Source: Delftia acidovorans NBRC 14950 (lineage in GTDB: Bacteria; Pseudomonadota; Gammaproteobacteria; Burkholderiales; Burkholderiaceae_C). From it: 32,000 bases of DNA. Each line of letters begins with the position of its first letter. The first letter of the stretch is position 1. The position numbers were made by a program, and so were the translations under genes. Positions 15,954-24,792 of the stretch are shown here, in pieces. The notes under the pieces are model-generated. The model was not told where the DNA came from. It searched no databases and was given only the letters and a program-made list of their open reading frames with translations. The stretch lies in NCBI RefSeq assembly GCF_001598795.1, contig NZ_BCZP01000028.1:1-32000 (forward strand), given 5' to 3'.

Positions 15954-18146
15954 ATGTCTTATCTTGTGCTGGCCCGCAAATACCGCCCCCGCAATTTCTC
16001 TGAAATGGTGGGGCAGGAGCATGTCGTTCAGGCGCTCACCAATGCCCTGACGCAGCAGCGCCTGCACCATGCCTATCTGTTCACCGGCACGCGCGGCGTG
16101 GGCAAGACCACGGTCTCGCGCATTCTGGCCAAGTCGCTCAACTGCCAGGGCGCCGATGGCCAGGGCGGCATCACGGCAACGCCCTGCGGCGTCTGTGCGG
16201 CCTGTACCGAAATCGACAGCGGGCGCTTTCCCGACTACACGGAGCTGGACGCTGCCTCCAACCGTGGCGTGGACGAGGTGCAGAGCCTGCTGGAGCAGGC
16301 TGTCTACAAGCCGGTGCAGGGACGCTTCAAGGTCTTCATGATCGACGAAGTGCACATGCTCACGAACACGGCCTTCAACGCCATGCTCAAGACGCTGGAG
16401 GAGCCGCCCGAGTACCTGAAGTTCGTGCTGGCCACCACCGATCCGCAGAAGGTTCCCGTGACCGTGCTCAGCCGCTGCCTGCAGTTCAACCTGCGGCCCA
16501 TGGCGCCCGAGACCGTGCTGGAGCATCTGGGCCAGGTGCTGGGGCAGGAAGGCGTGGCCTCCGAGCCCCAGGCCCTGCGCCTGCTGTCGCGCGCCGCGCG
16601 TGGCTCCATGCGCGATGCGCTGTCGCTGACCGACCAGGCGATTGCCTTTGGCAGCGGACAGCTGCAGGAGGCCACGGTGCGCCAGATGCTGGGCAGCGTG
16701 GACCGCAGCCATGTGTTCCGCCTGATCGAGGCACTTGCCCAGGCCGATGGCCAGGTGGTGGTGGAAACCTCCGAGGCGCTGCGCCGCAATGGCCTGTCCG
16801 CCGCCTCCACGCTGGAGGAAATGTGCGCCGTACTGCAGCGTATGGCCGTGGCACAGGCCGTGCCGCAGATGGCCGCCGACGCCAGCGATCCAGAAGCCGC
16901 AGAGATCGCCCGCCTTGCGGTGCTGATGCCGCGCGACGAAACCCAGCTGCTCTACAGCATCTGCCTGCATGGCCGGGCCGAACTGGGCCTGGCACCCGAC
17001 GAGTACGCGGCGCTGACCATGGCGCTGCTGCGGCTGCTGGCGTTCAAGCCGCAATCTGCAGAGCCCGCCCCGGGCGCGGCTGAAAAAAAAACTCCAGCGC
17101 TGACCCCCTCCACGGCGAAGCCTGAATCTCCCGCGCCCGTGGCGCAGACGCGGCCCGCACAGCCCGCTGTGCCTGAGGCTCCCGCTTTGCCCGAGGCTCC
17201 CGCTGCCCCAGCCAAGGCGGCCATGCCCGTCCCGGTCGCGCCTCCTGCTCCTGTCGCGCCTGTCGCATCTCCCGTGACCGCTGCGCCCGCCGTGGTCGCT
17301 CCCGTGGTGCAAGCCGTTGCGGCTCCAGCGCCTGTTCAGGCGCCCGTGGCCGTGGCCGCAGTTGCCAGGCCGGAACCTGTGCTTGCGCCTGTCCAGGAGG
17401 CCAGGCCTTCCGCTGCTCCAGAGGTGAAGCCGGCCGCCGGTGTCGCCCAAGAGCCCCTGGACGAGCCTGTGGACGATGTGCAGGAAGACGAAGACTCTTC
17501 TGCCGATGAGGCGCCGCAGGCGCAGGATGCCGATGCACCGGACGAGGGTGCCTGGGCCGGGATGCCCGATGAAGGCTGGGCCGACGAAGGCCGCTGGAGC
17601 GATGACGGAGATCTGGCCCTGGAGCCGCCTGCCGCTGCCGTGGCACGGCAGGCCGAACCGCAGATCGACACTCAGATCGATGTGCAGGACTTCGCTCCCG
17701 AACGTGGCCGCCAGTCCCCCGCTGCGCCTCCCGCGCCGACCGTGGAGCGCACGCCCGATGGCGATGTCTGGCACGCTGCCGTCCAGCAACTGGTGCAGGC
17801 CGAGGCCGTCACGGCGCTGGCGCGGCAGCTGGCGCTGCAGTCTCAACTGGTGGCGCGCGATGGCGATGCATGGACGCTGCGCGTGGAAAGCAGCTCGCTG
17901 GCGCAGCCCGCCACACGCGAGCGCCTGCGTGCGGCGCTGGAGGCCGCTGGCCTGGCGCGGCAACTGCATGTCGAGCAAGGCGCCGTGACAGACAGCCCCG
18001 CGCGGCGCAATGCGGTGGCCAGCCATGAGCGCCAGCGCATTGCAGAAGACATCGTGATGAATCATTCTCTGGTGCAGACCCTGATCCGCAGCCATGGCGC
18101 GAAAATCGTGCCCGGCAGTATCAAGCCCGTATCCATTCAGCCCTGA
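15954..18146 (+). CDS. dnaX: DNA polymerase III subunits tau (full length) and possibly gamma
   Basis: The N-terminus [28 protein letters not shown] matches the E. coli DnaX N-terminus as I recall it. Walker [10 protein letters not shown], a Cys cluster (CQG...CGVCAAC), DEVHML and SRC are present. A long Pro/Ala-rich then acidic linker precedes the tau C-terminal domain. Confidence 0.95.
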   Translation: MSYLVLARKYRPRNFSEMVGQEHVVQALTNALTQQRLHHAYLFTGTRGVGKTTVSRILAKSLNCQGADGQGGITATPCGVCAACTEIDSGRFPDYTELDAASNRGVDEVQSLLEQAVYKPVQGRFKVFMIDEVHMLTNTAFNAMLKTLEEPPEYLKFVLATTDPQKVPVTVLSRCLQFNLRPMAPETVLEHLGQVLGQEGVASEPQALRLLSRAARGSMRDALSLTDQAIAFGSGQLQEATVRQMLGSVDRSHVFRLIEALAQADGQVVVETSEALRRNGLSAASTLEEMCAVLQRMAVAQAVPQMAADASDPEAAEIARLAVLMPRDETQLLYSICLHGRAELGLAPDEYAALTMALLRLLAFKPQSAEPAPGAAEKKTPALTPSTAKPESPAPVAQTRPAQPAVPEAPALPEAPAAPAKAAMPVPVAPPAPVAPVASPVTAAPAVVAPVVQAVAAPAPVQAPVAVAAVARPEPVLAPVQEARPSAAPEVKPAAGVAQEPLDEPVDDVQEDEDSSADEAPQAQDADAPDEGAWAGMPDEGWADEGRWSDDGDLALEPPAAAVARQAEPQIDTQIDVQDFAPERGRQSPAAPPAPTVERTPDGDVWHAAVQQLVQAEAVTALARQLALQSQLVARDGDAWTLRVESSSLAQPATRERLRAALEAAGLARQLHVEQGAVTDSPARRNAVASHERQRIAEDIVMNHSLVQTLIRSHGAKIVPGSIKPVSIQP

Positions 18147-18193
18147 CACGCTCTAGAGCGTTTCGTTTTTACCCTACAGAAGAAGGAACTCAC

Positions 18194-18526
18194 ATGTTCA
18201 ACAAAGGACAACTGGCCGGCCTGATGAAGCAAGCCCAGGCCATGCAGGACAACCTCAAGAAGGCCCAGGATGAACTGGGCAACATCGAGGTGGAAGGTGA
18301 ATCGGGCGCGGGCCTCGTGAAGGTGGTCATGACCTGCAAGCACGACGTCAAGCGCATCACCATCGACCCCAGCCTGCTGGCCGAAGACAAGGACATGCTG
18401 GAAGACCTGGTGGCTGCCGCCTTCAACGCCGCCGTGCGCAAGGCCGAAGAGACTTCCAACGAGAAGATGGGCAAGCTCACGGCCGGCATGCCCGGCCTGC
18501 CGGGCGGCATGAAGTTCCCATTCTGA
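18194..18526 (+). CDS. ybaB: Nucleoid-associated protein YbaB/EbfC
   Basis: 110 aa: [63 protein letters not shown] Shine-Dalgarno. Sits in the conserved dnaX-ybaB-recR context. Confidence 0.93.
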   Translation: MFNKGQLAGLMKQAQAMQDNLKKAQDELGNIEVEGESGAGLVKVVMTCKHDVKRITIDPSLLAEDKDMLEDLVAAAFNAAVRKAEETSNEKMGKLTAGMPGLPGGMKFPF

Positions 18527-18610
18527 GGCAGGCCCCAGCGGTTGTGCCGAACAGCCTGGAGAGGCCATGCCGGCTTCTCCAGCTGCCCACTCGTGTGGAG
18601 TGGCCATCGA

Positions 18611-18639
18611 GCGATCTGCCCCTGCAGATCGCTTTTTTT
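18611..18639 (+). terminator. Canonical Rho-independent terminator between ybaB and recR
   Basis: GCGATCTGC-cccT-GCAGATCGC (9-bp stem, 4-nt loop) followed by TTTTTTT. It ends 32 nt before the recR ATG. Confidence 0.8.
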
Positions 18640-18671
18640 CTGAGAACCTTCTCCATTGAAAGGAAGCTGCC

Positions 18672-19262
18672 ATGTCGGACGTGCAATCGCTCGATGGCCT
18701 GATCGAGGCCTTGCGCAGGCTCCCGGGTGTGGGCATCAAGTCGGCGCAGCGCATGGCCTTCCACCTGCTGCAGCGCGACCAGGACGGCGCGCGGCAACTG
18801 GCCCGTGCCCTGACCATGGCCGTGGAGTCGGTCACCCACTGCGAGCGCTGCCATACCTTCACCGAAGGCCGCATCTGCTCCATCTGCCAGGATGAAGGGC
18901 GTGACGCGGCCCGGCTGTGCGTGGTGGAGGCGCCCGCCGATATGGCGGCCATGGAGCGCACGGGTGCCTACCAGGGCTATTACTACGTGCTGATGGGGCG
19001 GCTGTCGCCACTCGACGGCATAGGTCCGCGCGATCTGAACCTGTCATCCCTGCTGGAGCGTGCCGGCGACGGCAAGGTGCAGGAGGTGATCCTGGCCACC
19101 AGCTTCACGGCCGAAGGCGAGGCCACGGCCCATGCGATCAGCGAGGCCCTGAAGGCGCGCGGCATCCATGTGACGCGCCTGGCGCGCGGCGTGCCCATAG
19201 GCAGCGAACTCGAATACGTGGACCTGGGTACGATCGCCCATGCGCTGGTGGACCGCCGGTAG
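18672..19262 (+). CDS. recR: Recombination protein RecR
   Basis: 196 aa. HhH region ([20 protein letters not shown]), C4 zinc finger ([16 protein letters not shown]) and Toprim domain ([14 protein letters not shown]). AAGGAAG Shine-Dalgarno. Confidence 0.95.
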   Translation: MSDVQSLDGLIEALRRLPGVGIKSAQRMAFHLLQRDQDGARQLARALTMAVESVTHCERCHTFTEGRICSICQDEGRDAARLCVVEAPADMAAMERTGAYQGYYYVLMGRLSPLDGIGPRDLNLSSLLERAGDGKVQEVILATSFTAEGEATAHAISEALKARGIHVTRLARGVPIGSELEYVDLGTIAHALVDRR

Positions 19263-19307
19263 TGGCCGAGGCGGCTGGCGTTTCTTGTCTATTCATCAGG
19301 AGCCTGT

Positions 19308-19739
19308 ATGCCGACCTCTGTCATCCTGCCGCCCGGCGGCTTCTCCATAGCGCATTGGTGCCTGCTGGTGGCGGCCCTGCTGCCGCTGGCCTGCGCCTAC
19401 ATCGCCAAGGCGCCCGGCATGAAGCACCGGCCGGGGCAGCGCGGTTTCGACAACCACGAACCCCGGGCCTGGCTGGCGCAGCAGACGGGCTACCAGGCAC
19501 GGGCCAATGCGGCGCAGGCCAATAGCTTCGAGTGCCTGCCGTTCTTCATTGGCGCCTTGCTGGTTGCCTGGCAATTGGGTGCACCGTCCGCGCGTGTCGA
19601 TGGCCTGGCCGTGGCCTTTATTGTGTTGCGTATTGCCTACATCGCCTTCTATGTGACGGACCGCGCCACGCTGCGCAGTCTGGCCTGGGCGCTGGCGCTG
19701 GTGGTGAATCTGCTGCTGTTTTTCGCGGGCTACCGCTGA
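19308..19739 (+). CDS. MAPEG family membrane protein
   Basis: 143 aa with 3-4 TM helices and the MAPEG-like segment QARANAAQANSFECLPFFIGALLVA...RIAYIAFY. AGGAG Shine-Dalgarno. Confidence 0.7.
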   Translation: MPTSVILPPGGFSIAHWCLLVAALLPLACAYIAKAPGMKHRPGQRGFDNHEPRAWLAQQTGYQARANAAQANSFECLPFFIGALLVAWQLGAPSARVDGLAVAFIVLRIAYIAFYVTDRATLRSLAWALALVVNLLLFFAGYR

Positions 19740-19760
19740 GGCCTGGGTGAGACCTGGGTG

Positions 19761-19799
19761 AGGGCCGGGCGCGTGTTCACCGCGCGCCGTGCTGGCCCT
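19761..19799 (+). terminator. GC-rich compound hairpin downstream of the MAPEG gene, without a U-tract
   Basis: The outer arms AGGGCC/GGCCCT enclose an inner stem GGCGCGtG / CgCGCGCC. No T-run follows. Confidence 0.3.
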
Positions 19800-19891
19800 G
19801 AAGCCTACGGTGTTTCACATACGGGCAAGCACCGATGCTGTGCATGCGGGCTCTGGGCATGATCGTGTTGCACTGCAGCAAAATAACCATC

Positions 19892-20920
19892 ATGTCTTCC
19901 CACGTGCTTGATCGCCGAACCTTGTTGAGCCTCATGGGGCTGGGTTCCCTGTGGTCGCTTCCTTCCCTCGGTTCGGCCGAGCTGGTGACGATTTCCGTGG
20001 GCGGTCAGGGCCTGCTGTATTACCTGCCGCTGGTGATTGCCCAGCAACTGGGGTACTTCGAGGCCGAGGGCCTGACCGTGCGCATCGATGACTATCCGGG
20101 CGGGTCGCAGTCGCTGCAGGCGCTGGAATCGGGCGCCGCCGATGTGTGCGCGGGTGCCTATGAACACACGCTTGTCGCGCAGCAGCGCGGCAGTGTGCTG
20201 CGTGCCTTTGTCGTGCAGGGGCGTGCGCCGCAGATTGCGCTGGGCGTGTCCTCGCGCTGGATGCCGCGCTACCAGACGCTGGCCGACCTGCGCGGGCGGC
20301 GCGTGGGCGTGTCCTCGCTGGGCGCATCCACGGCCCGGGCCGTGCAACTGATGCTGCTGGGCGATGGCCTGGAGGCCGATCTGGTGCAACTGGTGGGTGT
20401 GGGCTCGGGGCCTGACGCCATGGAGGCGCTGCGCACCGGGCGCGTGCATGCGCTGTGCCATGCGGACCCGCTGATGAGCGTGCTGGAGGACAAGGGTGCC
20501 GTGCGCATCGTCAGAGACCTGCGTGATCTGCGCAGCAGCGCGCAGCTGTACGGCGGCTCCATGCCCTCGGGCACGCTGTACGCGACCCAGGCCTTTTTGC
20601 GCAAGAACCCGGCCAAGGCCCAGGCGCTGAGCAATGCCATGGTCCGATCGCTCAAGTGGCTGCAGACCGCCGCGCCCATGGATGTGCTCAGGGCCGTGCC
20701 TGCACCCTATCTGCTGGGTTCGCGGCGCGCCTATCTGTCGGCCTTCGAGCACATGCGCACCACGATCTCGCCGGATGGCCTGATGCCCGATGACGGGCCT
20801 GCCACGGCCCTGCGCGCCCTGGTCCGGCTCAACCCTGCGCTGGCGCGCAGCGGTATCGACCTGGAGCGCTCGTTCACCAACGAATTCGTGCGGCAGTCCC
20901 GCCAGCGTTTCCACACCTGA
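19892..20920 (+). CDS. Periplasmic substrate-binding protein, NMT1/SsuA/TauA-like (NitT/TauT ABC family), orphan
   Basis: Signal peptide with RR (MSSHVLDRRTLLSLMGLGSLWSLPSLGSA). The core YYLPLVIAQQLGYFEAEGLTVRIDDYPGGSQSLQALESGAADV fits the family. No permease or ATPase gene is adjacent. The ATG at 19892 is preferred over the track start at 19835. Confidence 0.7.
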   Translation: MSSHVLDRRTLLSLMGLGSLWSLPSLGSAELVTISVGGQGLLYYLPLVIAQQLGYFEAEGLTVRIDDYPGGSQSLQALESGAADVCAGAYEHTLVAQQRGSVLRAFVVQGRAPQIALGVSSRWMPRYQTLADLRGRRVGVSSLGASTARAVQLMLLGDGLEADLVQLVGVGSGPDAMEALRTGRVHALCHADPLMSVLEDKGAVRIVRDLRDLRSSAQLYGGSMPSGTLYATQAFLRKNPAKAQALSNAMVRSLKWLQTAAPMDVLRAVPAPYLLGSRRAYLSAFEHMRTTISPDGLMPDDGPATALRALVRLNPALARSGIDLERSFTNEFVRQSRQRFHT

Positions 20921-20936
20921 GCCCCCGGGCCGCACG

Positions 20937-20965
20937 CAAAAGAGCCCGCGAAAGCGGGCTCTTTG
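20937..20965. terminator. Bidirectional Rho-independent terminator between the binding-protein gene and mltD
   Basis: AAA-AGAGCCCGC-GAAA-GCGGGCTCT-TTGG: a perfect 9-bp stem with a GNRA loop. The U-tract is UUUUG on the minus strand and UUUGG on the plus strand. Confidence 0.8.
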
Positions 20966-20987
20966 GAGGAGGGCAGTGATGGCGCCT

Positions 20988-22541
20988 TCAGCGCTTTTTC
21001 ACCTTGGATGGCTTGCCGCCACGCGGCGCCGTGGTGACCGACACCTTGGCGTTGCGGTTTTGCGGCTGCACGGCCACCTTGCGCGCGGTTCCGGTGGACT
21101 TGGCCGCCCGGGCATTGCCGCCGCTGCTGGCGCGCACCGGCAGGTAGGCCACCAGCGATTGGCCGGCATGCAGGGTGGCGGAGGACTTCAGGTCATTCCA
21201 GTCCGCCAGATTGGACGCACTGACGCCGTAGCGGTTGGCCACGCTGATCAGCGTGTCGCGCTTGCGGGCCTTGATGGTGGTGCGGCGCGTGACGATCTCG
21301 GGGGCAAAGCTGATCTGGCCGTTGTCGGCCACGTGGCCGGCCACGTCGGCACGCACGTTGGCGCCGCGCGGCACCATGAGCGCGGAGCCGGCCTTGATCA
21401 GCATGCGCGGGGGGATGTTGTTGAGGGCGCGCAGGTCGGACTCGCCCAGGCCCACGCGCTGGGCCGCCTCGGCCACGCTGATGGTGGAAGGCACGGTCCA
21501 GACGGTCCAGCTCGCGTACTGGCCTTCGTCGAAGGCCTGCATGTTGCGGCGGAACACCTTGGCGTTGTCCCAGGGCAGCAGGATCTCCGGCGTGCCGGCC
21601 GCAAAGATCACCGGCTTGCGGAAGCTGGGATTGAGCGCCTTGAAGTCATCGGTCGACACGTCGGCCAGCTTGGCCACCAGTTCCACGTCGATGTCACGGG
21701 TGATGGTGACGGTCTGGAAGTAGGGGTGGTTCTCGATCAGCGGCAGCTCGGTGTTGAATGCATCGGGGTTGGCCACGATGTTCTTGACGGCCTGCAGCTT
21801 GGGCACGTACATGCGGGTCTCGGCCGGCATCTGCAGGTCGGTGTAGCCCGTGGGCAGGCCCAGCTTCTCGTTGCGCTTGATGGCGCGGCCCACACTGCCT
21901 TCGCCCCAGTTGTAGGCGGCCAGGGCGAGGTGCCAGTCGCCGAACATGTCGTAGAGCTTTTGCAGGTAGTCCAGCGCGGCGCGCGTGGAGGCCAGCACGT
22001 CGCGGCGGTCGTCGCGGAAGGCGTTTTGCTTGAGGTCGAAATAGGTGCCGGTGGCCGGCATGAACTGCCACATGCCGGCCGCCTTGGCGGTGGAGACGGC
22101 CTGCGGGTTGAAGGCGCTCTCGATGTAGGGCAGCAGCGCCAGCTCGGTGGGCATGTTGCGCCGCTCCAGTTCCTCGACGATGTGGAACAGGTACTTGCTG
22201 GAGCGCTCGGTCATGCGCTGTATGTAGTCGGGCCGGCTGGCATACCACTGCTCGCGGTCCTTGACCAGATCCTGGTCCAGGTCGGGCATGGCGAAGCCCT
22301 GGCGAATGCGTACCCACAGATCGCCCGTGGTCTCCAGCGAGGCCACGCCGCCGTTGCCGGCGCTGCCTGTGCCCAGCGGGCTCAGCGGTCCGTTGGGGTA
22401 CATCGGGGAGTGCGGTGCGGTGCTGGGGGCGGGGGCCGTGCTGGCCAGGTCCGGGCTGCTGGTGGTGGCGCAGCCCGCAAGAGCCAGCAGGCTGCCCAGC
22501 AGCAGGGTGTGTAGCAGTTTCATCAGAAGACGTTTTTCCAT
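20988..22541 (-). CDS. mltD: Membrane-bound lytic murein transglycosylase D (lipoprotein with LysM repeats)
   Basis: Lipobox LLALAGC, an SLT catalytic region (LPYIESAFNPQAVSTAKAAGMWQFMPATG) and C-terminal LysM repeats. An alternative ATG at 22523 (MKLLHTLL) would form a TGATG junction with the gloB stop. Confidence 0.9.
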   Translation of the reverse strand: MEKRLLMKLLHTLLLGSLLALAGCATTSSPDLASTAPAPSTAPHSPMYPNGPLSPLGTGSAGNGGVASLETTGDLWVRIRQGFAMPDLDQDLVKDREQWYASRPDYIQRMTERSSKYLFHIVEELERRNMPTELALLPYIESAFNPQAVSTAKAAGMWQFMPATGTYFDLKQNAFRDDRRDVLASTRAALDYLQKLYDMFGDWHLALAAYNWGEGSVGRAIKRNEKLGLPTGYTDLQMPAETRMYVPKLQAVKNIVANPDAFNTELPLIENHPYFQTVTITRDIDVELVAKLADVSTDDFKALNPSFRKPVIFAAGTPEILLPWDNAKVFRRNMQAFDEGQYASWTVWTVPSTISVAEAAQRVGLGESDLRALNNIPPRMLIKAGSALMVPRGANVRADVAGHVADNGQISFAPEIVTRRTTIKARKRDTLISVANRYGVSASNLADWNDLKSSATLHAGQSLVAYLPVRASSGGNARAAKSTGTARKVAVQPQNRNAKVSVTTAPRGGKPSKVKKR

Positions 22542-23296
22542 TGGCGCAGGCCGGCCAGCACGCTGGCGGGGTCCTGCTGTCTCACCTGTGCGTCGAAGCC
22601 TGCGGCGGCGGCGGCCACTGCGGATTCGCGCGTTCTAAGAAAGGGATTGATGGAGCGCTCGGTCTCCATCAGGGAAGGCAGCGTGGGCCGGCCGGCCTCG
22701 CGCAACGCCTGACAATGCCTCTGGTAGTGAGCCAGGGCCTGGTTGTTTGGTTCCACGGCCTGCGCAAAGCGCAGGTTGGACATTGTGTACTCATGTGCGC
22801 AGCAGACCAGGGTGTTGTCCGGCAGCGCGGCCAGATCGTCCAGCGATTGCTGCATCTGCTGCGGCGTGCCTTCGAACAGGCGCCCGCATCCCCCTGAAAA
22901 CAGCGTATCGCCGCAGAACAGCACGGGCTGCGCCTGCGCCGCCGTGCTGTAGAAGGCGATGTGGCCGCTGGTGTGGCCGGGCACGTCAATGACCTGCCAG
23001 GGGCCGCCCAGGGCCTGCACGATATCGCCACCCTGCACGCGCTGCACGGGTTCGGGCAACTGCTCGTAGGCGGGGCCCCAGACCTGGGCGCCCGTGGCCT
23101 GGCGCAGCTGCGCCACGCCGCCGACATGATCGGCATGGTGGTGGGTGACTAAAATGCCCTGCAACTGCAAGTCCAGCTGGCGCAGGCTGGCCAGCACGGG
23201 CGCTGCATCGCCGGGATCGACGACCAGGGCCTGCCCTGCGTCGTACAGCAGCCAGATGTAGTTGTCGGAAAAAGCGGGGATGGGCAACAGGTTCAT
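22523..23296 (-). CDS. gloB: Hydroxyacylglutathione hydrolase (glyoxalase II)
   Basis: [17 protein letters not shown] matches E. coli MNLNSIPAFDDNYIWVL as I recall it. The metallo-beta-lactamase motif THHHADHVGG and CCAHEYT are present. The track start at 23305 is a TTG extension. Confidence 0.93.
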   Translation of the reverse strand: MNLLPIPAFSDNYIWLLYDAGQALVVDPGDAAPVLASLRQLDLQLQGILVTHHHADHVGGVAQLRQATGAQVWGPAYEQLPEPVQRVQGGDIVQALGGPWQVIDVPGHTSGHIAFYSTAAQAQPVLFCGDTLFSGGCGRLFEGTPQQMQQSLDDLAALPDNTLVCCAHEYTMSNLRFAQAVEPNNQALAHYQRHCQALREAGRPTLPSLMETERSINPFLRTRESAVAAAAAGFDAQVRQQDPASVLAGLRQWKNVF

Positions 23297-24125
23297 GAGC
23301 AGCAAAATTATAGGGACGCATCACTGGACGCAATCTGCCCTCGGCCACTACCTGCTGGAATGGGAGCAGCAGCGCTGCGACGAGGCGGTGGCCGATATTT
23401 TCGGCTATCACAGCCTGCAGTTGGGCATGCCCATGCTCCAGGGGCTGCGCGCCAATCGCATGCCGCACCGCTGGCTGGCCCTGGATTCCATGCAGGATGC
23501 GGTGCCAGCCGAGGGCGTGCCGCCGCTGGAGGTGCCCGTGGCGCTGCTGGCCGATCCGGCCGCGCTGCCGTTTTCCGAGGCCAGCCTCGACCTCGTCGTC
23601 ATGCCGCACACGCTGGAGACCTCGCCGGACCCGCATGCCGTGTTGCGCGAGGCGGCCAGGGTGCTGATGCCCGAGGGCCGTATCGTCGTGTGCGGGCTCA
23701 ACCCCGCCAGTCTGCTGGGCGTGCAGCGCCGTGCCGAGCGCGGCGTGTATCTGCCCGATGTGGGCTGGGGCGTGGGCTACTGGCGGCTGCGCGACTGGCT
23801 GCGATTGCTGGCCTTCGAGATCGAGGCCGTGCAGTTCGGCTGCTATCGTCCTGCCGTGCAGACAGATCGCTGGCTGCGGCGCTGGCAGTTCATGGACCGC
23901 GTGGGGCGGCTGGGCTGGCCCATGCTGGGCGGCGTGTACTGCGTGGTGGCCGTCAAGCGCGTGCCGGGTGCACGCATGCTGGAGCCTGCCTGGCGTGGCC
24001 GTGCAGCCGTGTCGGGCGCCTCCGTGCCTGTGGCCCACCGCATGCCGGCGCAGGCGGTGCAGGGCAGCGATCCGCATTCCAGCCGGCCTGAAGGCCGGGC
24101 CATTCAACCCAAGGAAATTTTTTGA
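23295..24125 (+). CDS. Class I SAM-dependent methyltransferase (YafS-like)
   Basis: It resembles E. coli YafS as recalled (..FGYHSLQLG.., [47 protein letters not shown]). Its position between gloB and rnhA matches E. coli. The start is uncertain: ATG at 23295 or TTG at 23262. Confidence 0.7.
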   Translation: MSSKIIGTHHWTQSALGHYLLEWEQQRCDEAVADIFGYHSLQLGMPMLQGLRANRMPHRWLALDSMQDAVPAEGVPPLEVPVALLADPAALPFSEASLDLVVMPHTLETSPDPHAVLREAARVLMPEGRIVVCGLNPASLLGVQRRAERGVYLPDVGWGVGYWRLRDWLRLLAFEIEAVQFGCYRPAVQTDRWLRRWQFMDRVGRLGWPMLGGVYCVVAVKRVPGARMLEPAWRGRAAVSGASVPVAHRMPAQAVQGSDPHSSRPEGRAIQPKEIF

Positions 24126-24568
24126 ATCAAGTTGTTATCTACACGGACGGCGCCTGCAAGGGCAATCCGGGTCCCGGCGGCTGGGGCGTGGTGCTGGAGG
24201 CCGGCAGCGCCAGAAAAGAGCTGTTCGGCGGCGAGCTGAACACAACCAACAACCGCATGGAGATGATGGCCGTGATCGAGGCGCTGTCCGCGCTCAGGCG
24301 GCCCTGCGATGTGGTGCTCTACATCGACAGCCAGTACGTGCTCAAGGGCATCACCGAATGGATCCATGGCTGGAAGGCCAAGGGCTGGAAGACGGCCTCC
24401 AAGGAGCCGGTCAAGAACGTCGAGCTGTGGCAGCGGCTGGACGCTCTTGTCCAGGGCGGCGGCCACCGCATCGACTGGCGCTGGGTCAAGGGCCACGCAG
24501 GCGACCCTGGCAACGAGCGGGCAGACGCCCTGGCCAACAAGGGCGTGGACCAGGCACTGGGGCGCTGA
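24122..24568 (+). CDS. rnhA: Ribonuclease HI
   Basis: (M)[21 protein letters not shown]...[15 protein letters not shown]...[41 protein letters not shown] start with an AAGGA Shine-Dalgarno 6 nt upstream. The start overlaps the methyltransferase stop (TTGA). Confidence 0.93.
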   Translation: MNQVVIYTDGACKGNPGPGGWGVVLEAGSARKELFGGELNTTNNRMEMMAVIEALSALRRPCDVVLYIDSQYVLKGITEWIHGWKAKGWKTASKEPVKNVELWQRLDALVQGGGHRIDWRWVKGHAGDPGNERADALANKGVDQALGR

Positions 24569-24579
24569 GCGCCTGGTGC

Positions 24580-24608
24580 GGGGCGGGTGCAATGCCCGTC
24601 CCTTGCTT
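24580..24608 (+). terminator. Probable terminator after rnhA
   Basis: GGGGCGGG-tgcaatg-CCCGTCCC (8 bp including one G.U pair) followed by TTGCTT, a poor U-tract. Confidence 0.45.
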
Positions 24609-24680
24609 CCACCTCCTGAGACCTACCTACAACGCGGTAGATGAAAACCCCAGAACCAGAATTCGGCCCGCGCAGCTAAT

Positions 24681-24698
24681 ATTTCCATAAGTGGAAAT
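24681..24698. promoter_or_regulatory. Inverted repeat IR1: ATTTCCA-TAAG-TGGAAAT
   Basis: Perfect 7-bp arms with a 4-nt spacer, extendable imperfectly to 24676-24701. It lies in an AT-rich region upstream of the porin gene. Confidence 0.4.
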
Positions 24699-24742
24699 TA
24701 GTTCGCGCCCTGCCAGGCATCTTCCGTGGTGTGGTGTTCAAA

Positions 24743-24760
24743 ATTGCCACTTGTGGAATT
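24743..24760. promoter_or_regulatory. Inverted repeat IR2: ATTGCCA-CTTG-TGGAATT
   Basis: Same 7-N4-7 layout and shared half-site (ATTkCCA / TGGAAwT) as IR1. Centres are 62 bp apart. It ends 33 nt before the porin ATG. Confidence 0.4.
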
Positions 24761-24792
24761 TTTAAACCATCTCACGATGAAAGAGCCTTGCG

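Noticed and set aside
15852-18149. 765-aa ORF antisense to dnaX
   Set aside because: It is a shadow of dnaX with low-complexity R/G/H/L-rich translation. Its 5' end overlaps the SRP RNA gene.
19742-19763. Tandem direct repeat CCTGGGTGAGa / CCTGGGTGAGg after the MAPEG gene
   Set aside because: There are only two copies of an 11-mer with no further periodicity or coding consequence. It is probably a chance or replication-slippage duplication.
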